A DNA stretch of 64,000 nucleotides from Heteronotia binoei (Eukaryota): contig NC_083243.1 of NCBI RefSeq assembly GCF_032191835.1, forward strand, positions 94,674,001 to 94,738,000, written 5' to 3'. Shown in pieces: positions 1 to 12,404 of this stretch; within the stretch, counting starts at the first letter, position 1; each line of letters begins with the position of its first letter. The notes beneath the pieces are model-generated. The model was not told the DNA's origin. It saw only the letters and a list, made by a program, of their open reading frames with translations, and did no database searches. The translations under genes were made by a program, and so were the position numbers.

Positions 1-75
1 GGAGGTTTCTCTGTGCTACAGTAAAATTTGCAATAAAGAGAAAGCTTCAGAATGCCAAATGATTTTTTTTAATTA

Positions 76-296
76 CTTACTTATTTTATATCCCACTTTT
101 CTCCTCACCAGGGGCCCAAAGTGGCTTACATTACTCTTCTCTTCCATTCTAACCTCACAACAACCATGTGAGGTACATTACCATGTGACTGGTCCAAAGT
201 CATCCAGAGAGCTCCCATGAAACTGTGAGAATTTGAACCTGGATCTCCCAAATCCTACTCTGACACTCAAGACCACTACACCACACTGCCTCTCAA
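76..296 (-). mobile_element. Degraded tRNA-derived squamate SINE
   Basis: Reverse complement of a gagaggcagtgtggtgtagtgg head; cctcacaacaacc core; gggatataaaataa tail. Confidence 0.75.
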
Positions 297-434
297 ATAA
301 ACCCCCAGAAGCCACTGTTTTCCTCCAAAGAAAAGTGAACACTTTTTATTACATAAAATATCTCCAAAGAACACAAAATCTCAAGAGTCCAGCTACGGTA
401 GCAATTTAGATGCAATTAACACCCTCTGATACCA

Positions 435-519
435 CATAAGAACATAAGAGAAGCCATGTTGGATCAGGCCAATGGCCCATCCAGTCCAACACTCTGTGTC
501 ACACAGTGGCCAAAAAATT

Positions 520-552
<33 letters not shown>

Positions 553-950
553 TGTGGCTAATAGCCACCGATGGACCTCTGCTCCATATTTTTATCTAAC
601 CCCCTCTTGAAGCTGGCTATGCTTGTAGCTGCTACCACCTGCTGTGGCAGTGAATTCCACACGTTAATCACCCTTTGGGTGAAGAAGTACCTCCTTTTAT
701 CCGTTTTAACCCGACTGCTCAGCAATTTCATTGAATGTCCACGAGTTCTTGTATTGTGAGAAAGGGAGAAAAGTATTTCTTTCTCTACCTTCTCCATCCC
801 ATGCATAATCTTGTAAAACTCTATCATGTCACCCCACAGTCGACGTTTCTCCAAGCTAAAGAGCCCCAAGCGTTTTAACCTTTCTTCATAGGGAAAGTGT
901 TCCAAACCTTTAATCATTCTAGTTGCCCTTTTCTGCACTTTTTCCAAAGC
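435..950 (-). mobile_element. CR1 LINE 3' end (5'-truncated)
   Basis: ORF 558-947 is a CR1 RT C-terminus (LEKVQKRATRMIKGLEH...YEERLKRLGLFSLEKRRL); tail (TTCTTATG)n; internal (CA)n. Confidence 0.95.
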
Positions 951-1095
951 AGTTATTACTAAAATGCTATTAAAAGGCTCAGATCACCTAATCTAGCACT
1001 TCATCATACAATTGCTATTTGCTAATAGTCACTACTAAGGTCTATGGGTGACCATGCGTACAGGGAATGTCTTGATCACTAGTGATATAAATGGG

Positions 1096-1345
1096 AAGGT
1101 TACCAGAAGTCCTCTTTTTAGAGGACATGTCCTTTTTTGTGTCTATCCTCTTTTGGGGTCTTCTTTAAAAACTGATGAAAATATTTTCTTTTTGCGTTGG
1201 AAGGCTAGGAATATTTCTACCTAGGAATTATCACAGCTTAAATAGTAATGATATTTAAAATTAGATTTGTCATAGTAATCATTTGTTTGAAACAGTCAGT
1301 CAGGAAATATGTCCTCTTTTTTGCTTTTCAAAATATGGTTACCTT
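1096..1345. mobile_element. Old hAT (Blackjack-like) non-autonomous element
   Basis: Imperfect TIRs aaggttacca / tggttacctt with subterminal gtcctctttt repeats. Confidence 0.4.
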
Positions 1346-1525
1346 AATAGAATAAATACATAAAGAAAATCAGATCAGGCCAAAGACATGAAGATCAAAT
1401 CAAAGAACAATTTAGTCCAGCATTCATTCCAGCACAATCACCCTGATGATTCTGAGAAATTTACAAACATACATTAAAGCATCACTCTTCATCACTACCT
1501 GGTATTTGTGATGGTTTCATGGTGA

Positions 1526-1669
1526 NNNNNNNNNNNNNNNNNNNNNNNNNNNNNNNNNNNNNNNNNNNNNNNNNNNNNNNNNNNNNNNNNNNNNNNNNNN
1601 NNNNNNNNNNNNNNNNNNNNNNNNNNNNNNNNNNNNNNNNNNNNNNNNNNNNNNNNNNNNNNNNNNNNN
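1526..1669. other. Assembly gap (144 N)
   Basis: Run of N; ORFs spanning it are artefacts. Confidence 1.
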
Positions 1670-2010
1670 TCCTTTTTATGGAAAACGAGGGAGGAGACAA
1701 ATAACTTTTTAATGCTAATCCTTTTGATATGGTTACAAACCCCTTCTGTTAATTTTTTAATCTATGTTTGCTAATTTGTGGTTTTATTTTGTTTATTGCA
1801 ACTTCATTTCTTTATTATCAAACACCTTGGAGGCCTGAAGTTTCCAAGCAGAAAGCTGACATATAAAGATTTTAAATAAATAAATAAAATAAAATATACT
1901 GTGAGCATCTCCTCTAAACACTACTGCCTGCTCCTTGGAGGCAGAATTACCTTGACCTTCCAGAGACATATGTATTGTAGGGCATGGATTTGACTTGTGA
2001 TACACTAGCC

Positions 2011-2146
2011 CAGGGGTGGGGAATAGTGGCTCTCCAGATGTTTTTTGCCTACTACTCCCATCAGCCCCAGCCAGCATGGCCAATGGCTGGGGCTGATGGG
2101 AGTTGTAGGCAAAAAATATCTGGAGAGCCAGTGTTCCCCACCCCTG
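2011..2146. mobile_element. Palindromic hAT-type MITE
   Basis: TIR caggggtgggga...tccccacccctg; internal palindrome; 8-bp TSD cactagcc/ccctagcc. Confidence 0.85.
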
Positions 2147-3379
2147 CCCTAGCCCCAAAGGCTGGCTACCATCAGTAAGTTAGAAGACAAAGACCAAATG
2201 TATAGCTACTATCTCCATGCCACCTATTCCGAAATGTCATTCTACCAATATCTTCCATCTCTTACATATTAATTTCTGCAGCACTCTGAATTACTATAAT
2301 GCACTATAATCTCTTTTGTTACAAATTATAGAAAGGTAGTGACTGGACCAAAGCCATCTAGAGAGTTCATGCTTGAAGGGGCATTTGAACACCCATTTCC
2401 CAGGCTAAAGGAGAGTTGGTGCAGTACACCAAATAACTTCATAGACCTGGTTGCAGGTTTGGAAACATTGTGGACAAAAGATCATCATCACTTGTTCCCT
2501 CTCTCCTCATATTACAGAGGTGGCAAAGATGACAACTAAAACAGGTGTGCATTCTTTTAGTTCCATGACGACAGATGTATCACAGTGTTTTAATTGTACA
2601 TTGTCAATTATGATACTTATATGTTCATATCTTATCTCCTGCCCCAATCCTTTTACAATTATCATCTTTCTGAACACATGACAAAATTATGCAGTTGATG
2701 AAGATTTTTTTCTGCAACACCCACTTTTCATTTTCCCCATATCAACCTTTCCACAAGGAATACCAGGGTGGTGATGGAGAAGCAGGCAGTGGCAAACCAC
2801 CTTTGAACAACTCTTGCCTTGCCTTGAAAACTCTATGGTATCCCAAGTGGGTTTATTTCTTTGGAGATTTTACCCTTTGTATTTTGTTTCAATAAAAATG
2901 TATATTTAAAAAAAAAACCTACGGGATCGCCAAAAGTCAGTTGTGACTTGATTACTTGAGGACATTTTCCACCACCACCACAGAAGACTACACAGGCAAG
3001 GATATGCTTTGTAGCCTTGCCCAGTGTGAAGGTATTCAGAAACAAGTGTTCCAGAATCAGACTTATTGCCAAATAACTGCACCTAGGATTGCAGCCACAT
3101 TTACTCCCAGCAGACTGTGCTGTTACAGGGCTTACTCACAGGTAAGTGTGGACAGGAAGGCAGTTTGAGGCACAAATGCAAGGATGCATTGTTAATTCCA
3201 AAATAATCCAGAATATCTTTTAAAACATTTTGTCCTCCCAGTCACTAATATAACATATACAAATCATATTCTCTTCCACCACTCTTAACCTGTCCTTCAG
3301 TTGATACTGCTGGTCACAGCTACTGAGCAAAAGTACTCAACTTGGAAGATGCACATTTGGATGAATCAGAGCCAGAATT

Positions 3380-4060
3380 CAACAGCTCTTTACCTTCGAT
3401 TTTAAACGACGAAATCAGAAAAGGGCCCTGAATAGACCGCTTTCTTACCGCCCTTATTATTCATACACACAAATACACGTGTACGTTGACTCAGCGCCAG
3501 CAGGTGGTTTTTATTCCGGCACCTCCAGTTTTCAGGAGAAGGAATTCATGAGAAAGGTACGACAGAGAACATACGGGAGATCCTACGAAAGTGAGCTGCA
3601 GACTCCCGAGTAAACGCCACCAAATGCCCAGGTTGCCCAGGGAGATCGTGTAAGAAAGAGGTTACCCGTCAGCAACAGCAACTCCAGGAATGCCCGCAGC
3701 CCCGGAAGGGGAGGTGACTTGACTGAGAGGGCCACACCGCCAGACCCACCTCTTTTAGAGAGGCGGCGATCGGCGCCGGTACTGAGCTCCTCGCCCTCAG
3801 CAAGGTCACACAACAAGAAGGGGGGGGGGGCAGACTTAGAGTACAACCAGACTATCAGATTCAGCCCCGCGGCGTTTACTTCTGGACCGGGGGGAGCCGC
3901 TTGGCTTAAGTTGCAATGATGTAATGCGAGCAGCAGCCTCAGAGTCACATGCCTGAACTTTCCCCAACTCCTCCCCATAATGTTACCCGCTTCCACACGG
4001 ACATACACATAACTCGATTTCCGCACCGTGGCGTGCATGACGAGGGAGAAGAAGGTGTTG
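3380..4060 (-). promoter_or_regulatory. CpG island / probable promoter and non-coding first exon of the head-to-head neighbouring gene
   Basis: CpG-rich, not repeat-like; minus-strand donor gcg|gtaaga (exon ends 3449); TGACTCA at 3487-3493; TTGCAATGATGTAAT at 3911-3925. Neighbour identity (NR1H3) is inferred from conserved DDB2-ACP2-NR1H3 synteny only. Confidence 0.55.
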
Positions 4061-4749
4061 CTTGACCAGATCAGGGGATAGCTGCGTGGTTCTTGTTAAT
4101 AATAAAATAATAATGATGATGATGATGGAACTGGACTTTGGTCATGATTCTTTAATGTTGATTTGGGATGCGTTCTAGTTCTATAGTATGCTATCTGCAC
4201 CATTGGTCCAATATATTCAAAAACAGTTTTAATCTTATGTAGACATATGATTATGTGGGCTGTGGCTGCTGGAAGCATATGTTTTAATAAATGTATTAGT
4301 CATCATGCTGTCACAAGACTCTGTGGTTACTTTGGATCTTGAATATCAGTGCAAGATCAATGCCTGGAAGCTGCAAGCAGTGGATGAAGACTGGCCAGGC
4401 ACTACCACCAAAAAAGAGCCCATGGCTTGTCCTGTTGTCTGAGTCATGGACTATCCTCGTATGGACTCTAAACTTCCTAAATGTCAATTTGTGTGCCTCA
4501 ACCCAGTTCTCCACACCATTCAATGTACTTGCATGTACATACATTTTCCTAGATTTCTGTTTCCTTTCCTTGAGTGTAACATAAAAATTCATTATTAATA
4601 AAAATCTTTGCAGCAGGTCCCCTCCCAGCTTGCAAGGATCAGTGGCAAGCTGGCTATCTCAGGAAGATTGACAAACTATCTAAGCAAGCTGTTTGCTTGT
4701 TTGCAGGTAAAGGTCCTTTGATTTCTGTGATCCAAAGAACACTTCCCAA

Positions 4750-4835
4750 TATAAAAAAGAAGTCCAGTGGGACATTCAACACTAACATTTATTCCAGTAT
4801 GAGTTTTCATGACAACGAGCTCACTTCTTTAGATA
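4750..4835 (-). mobile_element. Degraded Penelope-like 3' fragment
   Basis: Resembles the Penelope tail seen more intact at 46700-46790 (gtccagt..cac..tt...actaaca..tttatt...gagctcacttc). Confidence 0.5.
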
Positions 4836-5635
4836 CATTAGGATAAATAACCCCCCTTACCTCAGTTTATAGAAAACTGCAGAAAGGGAGGAGTTGAGCA
4901 GAGAGAGGACAAGTATTATAATCAGGTATAGGGATTTGACACCTTTTTGGTATCGTTAAGCAGGTTACAAATGGCTAAAGATACAGAGCAAATATTTTGC
5001 TTATGCCAGAAATCTCAAGGTGTGTTTAAATTCCAGCTTTATCAAGATCCCATGGTGTGGTCTTTGTGAGCCACTTTTGGTCTCTCAATTTATAGCAGTT
5101 TCCCATTTCAAAATGGGAGCAGGTGTGACTACCCTTACAATATTATTGTGAAGACCCAAGAGATCAATCTTTGTGGTTAAATCTAGTCTTGATCATTAAT
5201 TTATTAAGCACCTTTGCCATATGATAAATAAATAATAAATAGAGAAGCCGGTTCTCTTCACCTCAGCTCCCATCTGCAGCCTGAACACAGAGATAACAGT
5301 CTATCATTCTGGATATTTTAAGAACTCCCAAGAGATGTATAGGAAGCAATATGAGTACGACCAAATAATATACATACCAATTTTAAGTGCTAAAAATTAT
5401 AAATCCTAGTAGAAGCAATGCTACTAACTGAAATGACCAAAGCATCACTGGATGCCCAGAAAAGTAATTCTTGTGTGTTCTGGCTCATCTCCCTCTGCCT
5501 GCCCTGTGCTGGGGCAGAAGTGAGCAGGAGGGGCAGGTGAGCTGGAGCAATGAAGGGATACAGTGGTAAACCAGAGCCAGATATCAGAGAGGAAGATGGG
5601 GGAGATTAGTTTTTTCCTTCCCCGTGCAGTCGCTT

Positions 5636-6735
5636 CAATTAATTAATTAATTAATCAATTTAATTAATTAATTAATAATATTTTATTTATATCCCACCCT
5701 CCCCGCCGAAGCAGATTCAGGGCAGCTCACAACATAAAAACTTCAACAATAAAACAATGCATATTATAAATCATATATTATAAGTCATACATTAAAACCA
5801 CCTAAGTTTGGTGCTAAAATCTTGATGTTACGCATCTTACAGTTTTTCTGTGGTGACGGTATTCCTTCTACAGTAAATTCCTTAAGTATAGGCCAGCTGG
5901 AAAAGAGTAGTCTTGCAGGTCCTGCGGAACTGGGCAAGGCTCCGCAAGGCCCGCACCTCCTCTGGCAATTGGTTTCACCAGTGGGGGGGCTACATTTGAG
6001 AAGGCCCTTTCTCTGGTAATTTTCAGTTTGGCCTCCCTCAGCCCGGGGATTACCAATAGATTTTGAGAACCAGATCACAGTACCCTCTAGGGAATATATG
6101 GGGAGAGACAGTTCCTAAGGTAGGCAGGTCCTTGGCCATATAGGGCTTTAAAGGTCATAACCAGCACCTTGTAATGAATTCGGTACACTATTGGCAGCCA
6201 GTGCAGTTCCCGCACCCCCGGCTGTATGTGCTCCCATCTAGGGAGCCCCAATAGCAGCCTGGCTGCTGCGTTCTGCACTAGCTGTAGTTTCTGGGTTCGG
6301 CACAGGGGCAGCCCCATGTAGAGGGCATTACAGTAGTCCAGCCTCAAGGTGACTGTTGCATGGATCACTGTTGCCAGGTCGTCGTAGTCCAGGAAGGGAA
6401 CCAATTGCTTCGCCCACCTAAGATGAAAAAAAGCGGATTTAGCAGTGGCTGCTATCTGGGCCTCCATTGACAGGGCAGGCTCCAGTAGCACCCCCAAGCT
6501 CTTGACCTTGCGCACCGTTTTCAATGGCGCACCGTTAAACGCTGGTAGGGGGATTTCCCTTCCCAAACCTCCCCGACTCAGGCAAAGGACCTGTCTTTGC
6601 TGGATTCAGCTTCAACCTACTTAGTCTGAACCATCGTGCCACAGCCTGCAGTACCAGATCTAGATTTTCTGGGACACAGTCAGGCCGGCGATCCATCAGT
6701 AGATAGAGTTGGGTGTCATCAGCATATTAGTGACA
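5636..6735 (-). mobile_element. L2 LINE 3' portion, 5'-truncated, (TTAA)n tail
   Basis: ORF 6087-6566 (VKSLGVLL...[12 protein letters not shown]...[12 protein letters not shown]); gggtcatcagcata = YADDTQ region near 6710-6725. Confidence 0.95.
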
Positions 6736-6905
6736 ACCACTTCGGTGGGAAGGGCGGGATATAAATCAAAATATAAATAAACCCAACCCTTACCCCCAGG
6801 CAATCTGGGCAAGGGGGCGCCCTTCTTGTATCTCATAACAGAGACAGCATTGCAATCCTCCCAGTCTCCTTTTTTTTAGCAAAAGGGATCTGCGCTTTGG
6901 ACATG

Positions 6906-7041
6906 CATAAGAACATAAGAGAAGCCATGTTGGATCAGGCCAATGGCCCATCCAGTCCAACACTCTGTATCACACAGTGGCCAAAATATACATACACACA
7001 CACAGAGTGGCTAATAGCCACTACACAGCGGCTAATAGCCA
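6906..7041 (-). mobile_element. CR1 3'UTR fragment
   Basis: Near-identical to 435-570 (cataagaacataagagaagccatgttggatcaggcc...). Confidence 0.9.
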
Positions 7042-9650
7042 CTCCACCTATCTACTATCTACATATCTAGTACATAAATCCATTTTATTTTAGATCAAAC
7101 ACATCGGCCAGAAATGTAGATACTCTGGGAGGAGGGAATTTGATCAAAAACACAATGAGGGATACCCCTATGCATCCTGTAAGTGAGGCCATTAATAGCA
7201 TTTTGAAATACATAGTTTGGGAAATGCCAAAGAGTCTTTCTATCCAGCCATGGGCACCAAAGCAGGAGTCTCCACAGAAGCCTGCAGATATTATTGTTAT
7301 CATTTGACTTCTAACCCTTCCTCCCCAGCACAGCAAGGCTCATGAAAAAAGTGACTCTCAACTTGTTTGGGCTTGTTTATTGTTGCCTTGGTTACATTCA
7401 CAAAGACAGCACTCATCAGAACCTGTTTACATTTAATAATGAATTTTCGAAATTAGTACTTAAAATATCACTGCCTCCTCTGCCACATTCAGACAAAAAA
7501 TGTAATAAAAGGGAATATGAGTAGGCTGTATTAATTTAAAAGGAATTTTGAAACACTTATATTCAAATGTATTAGCTGGAAAGAATAAATGTTGCTTTGC
7601 AAAACAAGTATGGCCCTCTAATTATTTTAGGGTGAATTAATAAGAGCCAGATTTGCAGACTGCCTTAATATGCATTAGATGTTCTCCCTAGGAACGTACT
7701 TTGTCATAGAACTGTCTGCACTATATATCTCTTAGTGAAGTAATTATGTCCCGGGAAATGTCCCGTTTAAAGCAAAAGTTGTGCTCCTGTATGTATGTAT
7801 TTATTTAAATATTTATAACTCACCTCTCCTTGTGGCTTAGAGTAATAAATTATAATTAAAAACTTCACTATTTAAAAACCGGCAAAATAAAGTCTGACAT
7901 AATCCCTCTCCTGACAAAAAAAAAAAAGTCTGTAGGGAAAGTCAACATACTTGAAGGACTGCCTCTACTCTATTTTCCAGACTGCCAGCCAAGATCTTAT
8001 TTTCAGTCTCTCTTGTTTCTCTTCAGATCATATAAATCTTTTGACTTTTTACCCAGGCTTTTAACGAAATTATTTTCTTTTTTTTTAGTTGTCTTATGGT
8101 CTGCCTTTGGTCTGAGAACTGTTTAATGGATATAATTTTAGGTTGTTCACTGTCCTATCATCTTTGTCTTGGTTTTGTTGTTTTAATTGTAAGCTGCTTC
8201 AAGCAGGTCTTTAGTGAGGTGACATATACATTTTCTAAATAAATAGAAACTCTGTTTTGTCAGACATACTGAATGATTTCTTTATGGGTGGTGGCAGTTT
8301 ATCAAGGTCACCTACAGAATCTGCAGCCCCACCTGATAACTGAACAGCAGCAGCAGAACTGTCCCACTCCCATCCTGCAATGACCCAAGAGCTAATAATA
8401 TGAGAGGAAAGAGCTGCTCCAATCTACTGAAGGTTCAGTCTAGTACAAGGAAGAAGATACTCCCCCTCATTACTTGGAACCATGGGGAGTAACAAGAAAT
8501 ACATTCTCATTTCTATCATGAGGGGAGTCAACACACTGTAGTGATTAGAGTGGTGGACTTGGACTTGTGACATCAGAGTTCAAAATCCTCATCATTTATC
8601 TGCATAAGGGAGGTTTAACTCTCAAAAGCTTATACCCAGGCCTATAACCACACAGGGCAAACAGGGTAAATGCCCCACCAAACTTTTTTCTTTATGTCTC
8701 ATCAACTGGCAGTGTTCTTTGTGCTTTCTGTCCAGGAAAGCAAGTGAGAAAAGATCAGATATATAAATGACCAGTCTTTTCTAACAGGCAGCTAAGAGAC
8801 GCAAGGAAGTGGGAATAGGACAGCTAGATAGATAACCCTTCTTGCCCAATCAGAGCTTTGGCTTCCTCCAGCCATCCAGTCCTCAGCATTAGAAGGCAGG
8901 AATGCAGGCATGTGTTTGGCTTGTCTCAGCATTCTGTAGCTCAATCTCCCCCACCATCTAGCAAAGAGTTTAGAGAGGATGTATTTTTTTAGTTTTTGAA
9001 ATGCAGGAATTTCCTGCAGGAGGTAAGCTCCACTTTTACTACCATAGTTCACTATTGTAAACTATTGTATTGCAGGCACTATTGTAAAAGAAGTTGCAGA
9101 CATTAGTGAGCTTTGAACATCTTAAGGTCCTTTTAAAAACACGAACACAAATTTGACAAAAGAGTTGGGTCACTTAGCTGAGCCAAAGAAGGAACAGAAT
9201 TGGTGGAGGGTATTACAAACATAAAAACAAACATAAAAACTTGACTACTTAGAGAATCAATGCAGTCATGAGTTGATGCATCTTGGGAAGTGTAGATTTC
9301 AGAACCATCACTTTCAGAACCATCTTTTTTGCCCACAAAACATTCTCTACAGAATTACAACCCAGTCCCTCCATTCCTTTGTTTCTGCTATTAAGCTACT
9401 TAATTTATATTTGAAATTTAAAACTTAAATTATCAGCAAGAAAACTTCCATTCTCTCCTTTTAGGAAACATGTTTGGATGAAACCACTTGCCCCCAAATC
9501 CCTATAAAATGCTTATAAAAACAAATGGTAGCAGGAGAGGATTTGGCCTCTATATGTCAGCTGAATGCCATAACAAACCAGAAACTGGAGCAGACGGACC
9601 ATTGATCTGATCAAGCAGGTATCCCATGTAGCTAAAAAGATGTTCTAGGG

Positions 9651-9890
9651 CAGGGGTCCCCAACCCCCAGGCCATGGACCAGTACCAGTCCGTGTGGCCT
9701 GTTAGCAATCAGGCCACAAGTTGTATAATTATTTCATTATATATTACAATGTAATAATAGAAATAAAGTGCACAATTTACCATCCCAAAACCATCAACCT
9801 TCCCCCTCACACACACACACACACTAGGTCCGTGGAAAAATTGTCTTCCACGAAACCAGTCCCTGGTGCCAAAAAGGTTGGGGACCTCTG
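9651..9890. mobile_element. hAT-Charlie MITE, MER1A/Charlie3-like deletion derivative
   Basis: TIR caggggtccccaac / gttggggacctctg; perfect 8-bp TSD ttctaggg (9643-9650, 9891-9898). Confidence 0.9.
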
Positions 9891-9935
9891 TTCTAGGGTA
9901 TGATAGAAAAATCACACAGTTTGTAAAACTCTTAA

Positions 9936-10170
9936 GAGAGCCAGTTTGGTGTAGCAGTTAAGTGCGCGGACTCTTATCTGGGAGAACCAGGTTTGATTTC
10001 CCACTCCTCCACTTGCACCTGCTGGAATGGCCTTGGGTCAGCCATAGCTTTCATAGGAGTTGTCCTTGAAAGGGCAGCTGCTATAAAAGCTCTCTTAGCC
10101 CCACCTACCTCACAGGGTGTCTGTTGTGGGGGGGGGGGTGGGAGGTAAAGGAGATTGTGACCACTCTGAG
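9936..10170 (+). mobile_element. Squam3-type tRNA SINE (gecko-like subfamily), 3' end missing
   Basis: gagagccagtttggtgtagcagttaag head with A/B boxes; gttgtccttgaaagggcagctgct insert. Confidence 0.85.
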
Positions 10171-10184
10171 GTCCAGAGTGGGTT

Positions 10185-10910
10185 TTTTGTTTTTTGTTTT
10201 ATTTTTTTACATTATATTTATATCCCGCCAATTTTATGCAGACTCAAGGTGGCTAACATAAAATACAAAATAAACTATAAACAATATTAAAACAATAAAT
10301 CAGTAAAATAATAAAACAATCAGATAAATTGCAATGGTGTTACATCAGGCATATAAAATTTCCTTTCTCAATGCGTACGGATCCTAGGCAGTTAGTACTA
10401 AAGTGCGATAGATCCAGATGTGGTGGCAGCCCTCTCCCATTACATGTCATATGCCATCCAAAACAGTTCAGTCTTGCAGGCCCTGTGGAACTGCAATAGG
10501 TCCTACAGGGCCCTGATGGCTTCTGGGAGGGTGTTCCAGAGTATTGGGGCTGCAACCGAGAAGGCTCTTGCTCTGGTGGAATTAAGCCTAGCCTCTTTTA
10601 GCCCAGGGACAGCCAAAAGATTTTGAGAGCTTGATCGAAGTGCTCTCTGGGGAACATGTGGGGCAAGACGGTCCCACGGATAGGTAGGTCCTAAGCCATA
10701 TAGGGCTTTGAAGGTTAATACCAGGACCTTGAAATGGATTTGGTACGCAACAGGCAGCCAGTGCAGCGCTCTCAGCACAGGCTGAATGTGCTCCTGCCAG
10801 GGAATTCCCATTAGTAGCCTGGCTGCAGCATTCTGCACCAGCTGCAGCTTCCGAATTTGAGTCAAGGGCAGCCTCATGTAGAGAGCATTACAGTAATTAA
10901 TTCTTGAGGT
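10185..10910 (-). mobile_element. L2 LINE 3' fragment
   Basis: ORF 10503-10877 [12 protein letters not shown]...LHWLPV...KALYGLGP. Confidence 0.93.
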
Positions 10911-10949
10911 GAATTAAAGTTAAAAGAATTAAAGTGAATTAAAGTTAAA

Positions 10950-11842
10950 GAGCCTTCTTGGTTGCTCTTTAACTTGTTCATTAATGATCTGGAGTTGGGA
11001 GTAAGCAGTGAAGTGGCCAGGTTTGCAGATGACACTCAATTGTTCAGGGTGGTGAGAACCAGAGAGGATTGTGAGGCACTCCTAAAGAATCTATTGAGGC
11101 TGGGTGAGTGGGCGTCAAAGTGGCAGATGAGGTTCAATGTGGCCAAGTGCAAAGTAATGCACATTGGGGCCAAGTATCCCAGCTACAAATACAAGTTGAT
11201 GGGTTGTGAACTGGCAGAGCCTCACCAAGAGAGAGATCTTGGGGTCATGGTAGATAACTCACTGAAAATGTCAAGACAGTGTGTGATTGCAATAAAAAGG
11301 CCAACACCATGCTGGGAATTATTAGGAAGGGAATTGAAAACAAATCAACCAGTATCATAATGCCCCTGTATAAATCGATGGTGTGGTCTCATTTGGAATA
11401 CTGTGTACAATTCTGGTCACCGCACCTCAAAAAGGATATTATAGCATTGGAAAAAGTGCAGAAAAGGGCAACTAGAATGATTAAAGGTTTGGAACACTTT
11501 CCTTATGAAGAAAGGTTAAAACGCTTGAGGCTCTTTAGCTTGGAAAAACGTCGACTGCGGGGTGACATGACAGAGGTTTACAAGATAATGCATGGGATGG
11601 AGAAAGCAGAGAAAGAAGTCCTTTTCTCCCTTTCTCACAATACAGAACTCGTGGGCATTCAATGAAATTGCTGAGCAGTCAGGTTAAAATGGATAAAAGG
11701 AAGTATTTCACCCAAAGGGTGATTAACATGTGGAATTCACTGCCACAGGAGGTGGTGGCGGCAACAAGCATTGCCAACTTTAAGAGGGGATTGGATAAAA
11801 ATATGGAGTAGAGGTCCATCAGTGGCTATTAGCCGCAGTGTG

Positions 11843-11875
<33 letters not shown>

Positions 11876-11960
11876 ACGTACATACACACACACATATATT
11901 GGCCATTGTGTGACACAGAGTGTTGGCCTGATCCAACATGGCTTCTCTTATGTTCTTACG
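10950..11960 (+). mobile_element. CR1 LINE 3' portion, frameshifted
   Basis: LFNLFINDL...FADDTQLF RT motif in 10962-11360, continuation 11279-11665, tail ttctcttatgttctta. Confidence 0.95.
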
Positions 11961-12404
11961 TTCTAATACTGACATCAGAGGTGTGGCCTAATATGCAAAT
12001 GAGACCTTGCTGGGCTTTTTCTACCAAAAAAGGCTTGCCCATCACCAACTAAAAACGAGCTAAATCAAGTAAAACTTCACAATTTTCTGAAAGCAGCAAA
12101 AACATGCAATAAAACCAAGCACCATATATATCATTAAAATAATCTCTAAACTCCTAAATTAAAATTATTAAAATAATCTCTAAAATACTGCCATTATCAG
12201 CAGTATTAACAGCAAATAACATATAAAAGGAGGGTGGGGAGAAAGATGCAACAGTTAAATGATCAAGAGAATGCCCGAGGAAACCTAGTGCCCAAGCTCT
12301 AGAATACTGGATATGGAGAATACTGCACACCTTGTGTGTCACATCCAAGAAGGCTCTGTCTCTCATGGCTGGAACAGAAATTCCAATTGCTTTAGTAATG
12401 GGAG

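Noticed and set aside
1482-1704. ORFs containing poly-X
   Set aside because: They span the N gap; artefacts
1951-1985. Tiny minus-strand ATG exon (MSLEGQ-G|gtaatt) as a possible first coding exon of NR1H3
   Set aside because: Only 19 coding nt, no convincing acceptor, and similarity too weak to call by eye
4130-4600. Possible degraded L1 ORF2 3' end
   Set aside because: Only vague Trp-rich similarity; no diagnostic motif
6741-6780. Plus-strand L2/SINE tail joined to the truncated end of the minus-strand L2 (twin-priming inversion?)
   Set aside because: The inverted piece is a 3' tail, not upstream sequence, so an independent remnant or deletion junction is more likely
9936-10010. tRNA gene-like heads (also at 16001 and 21727)
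   Set aside because: They continue into SINE bodies and tails; not tRNA genes
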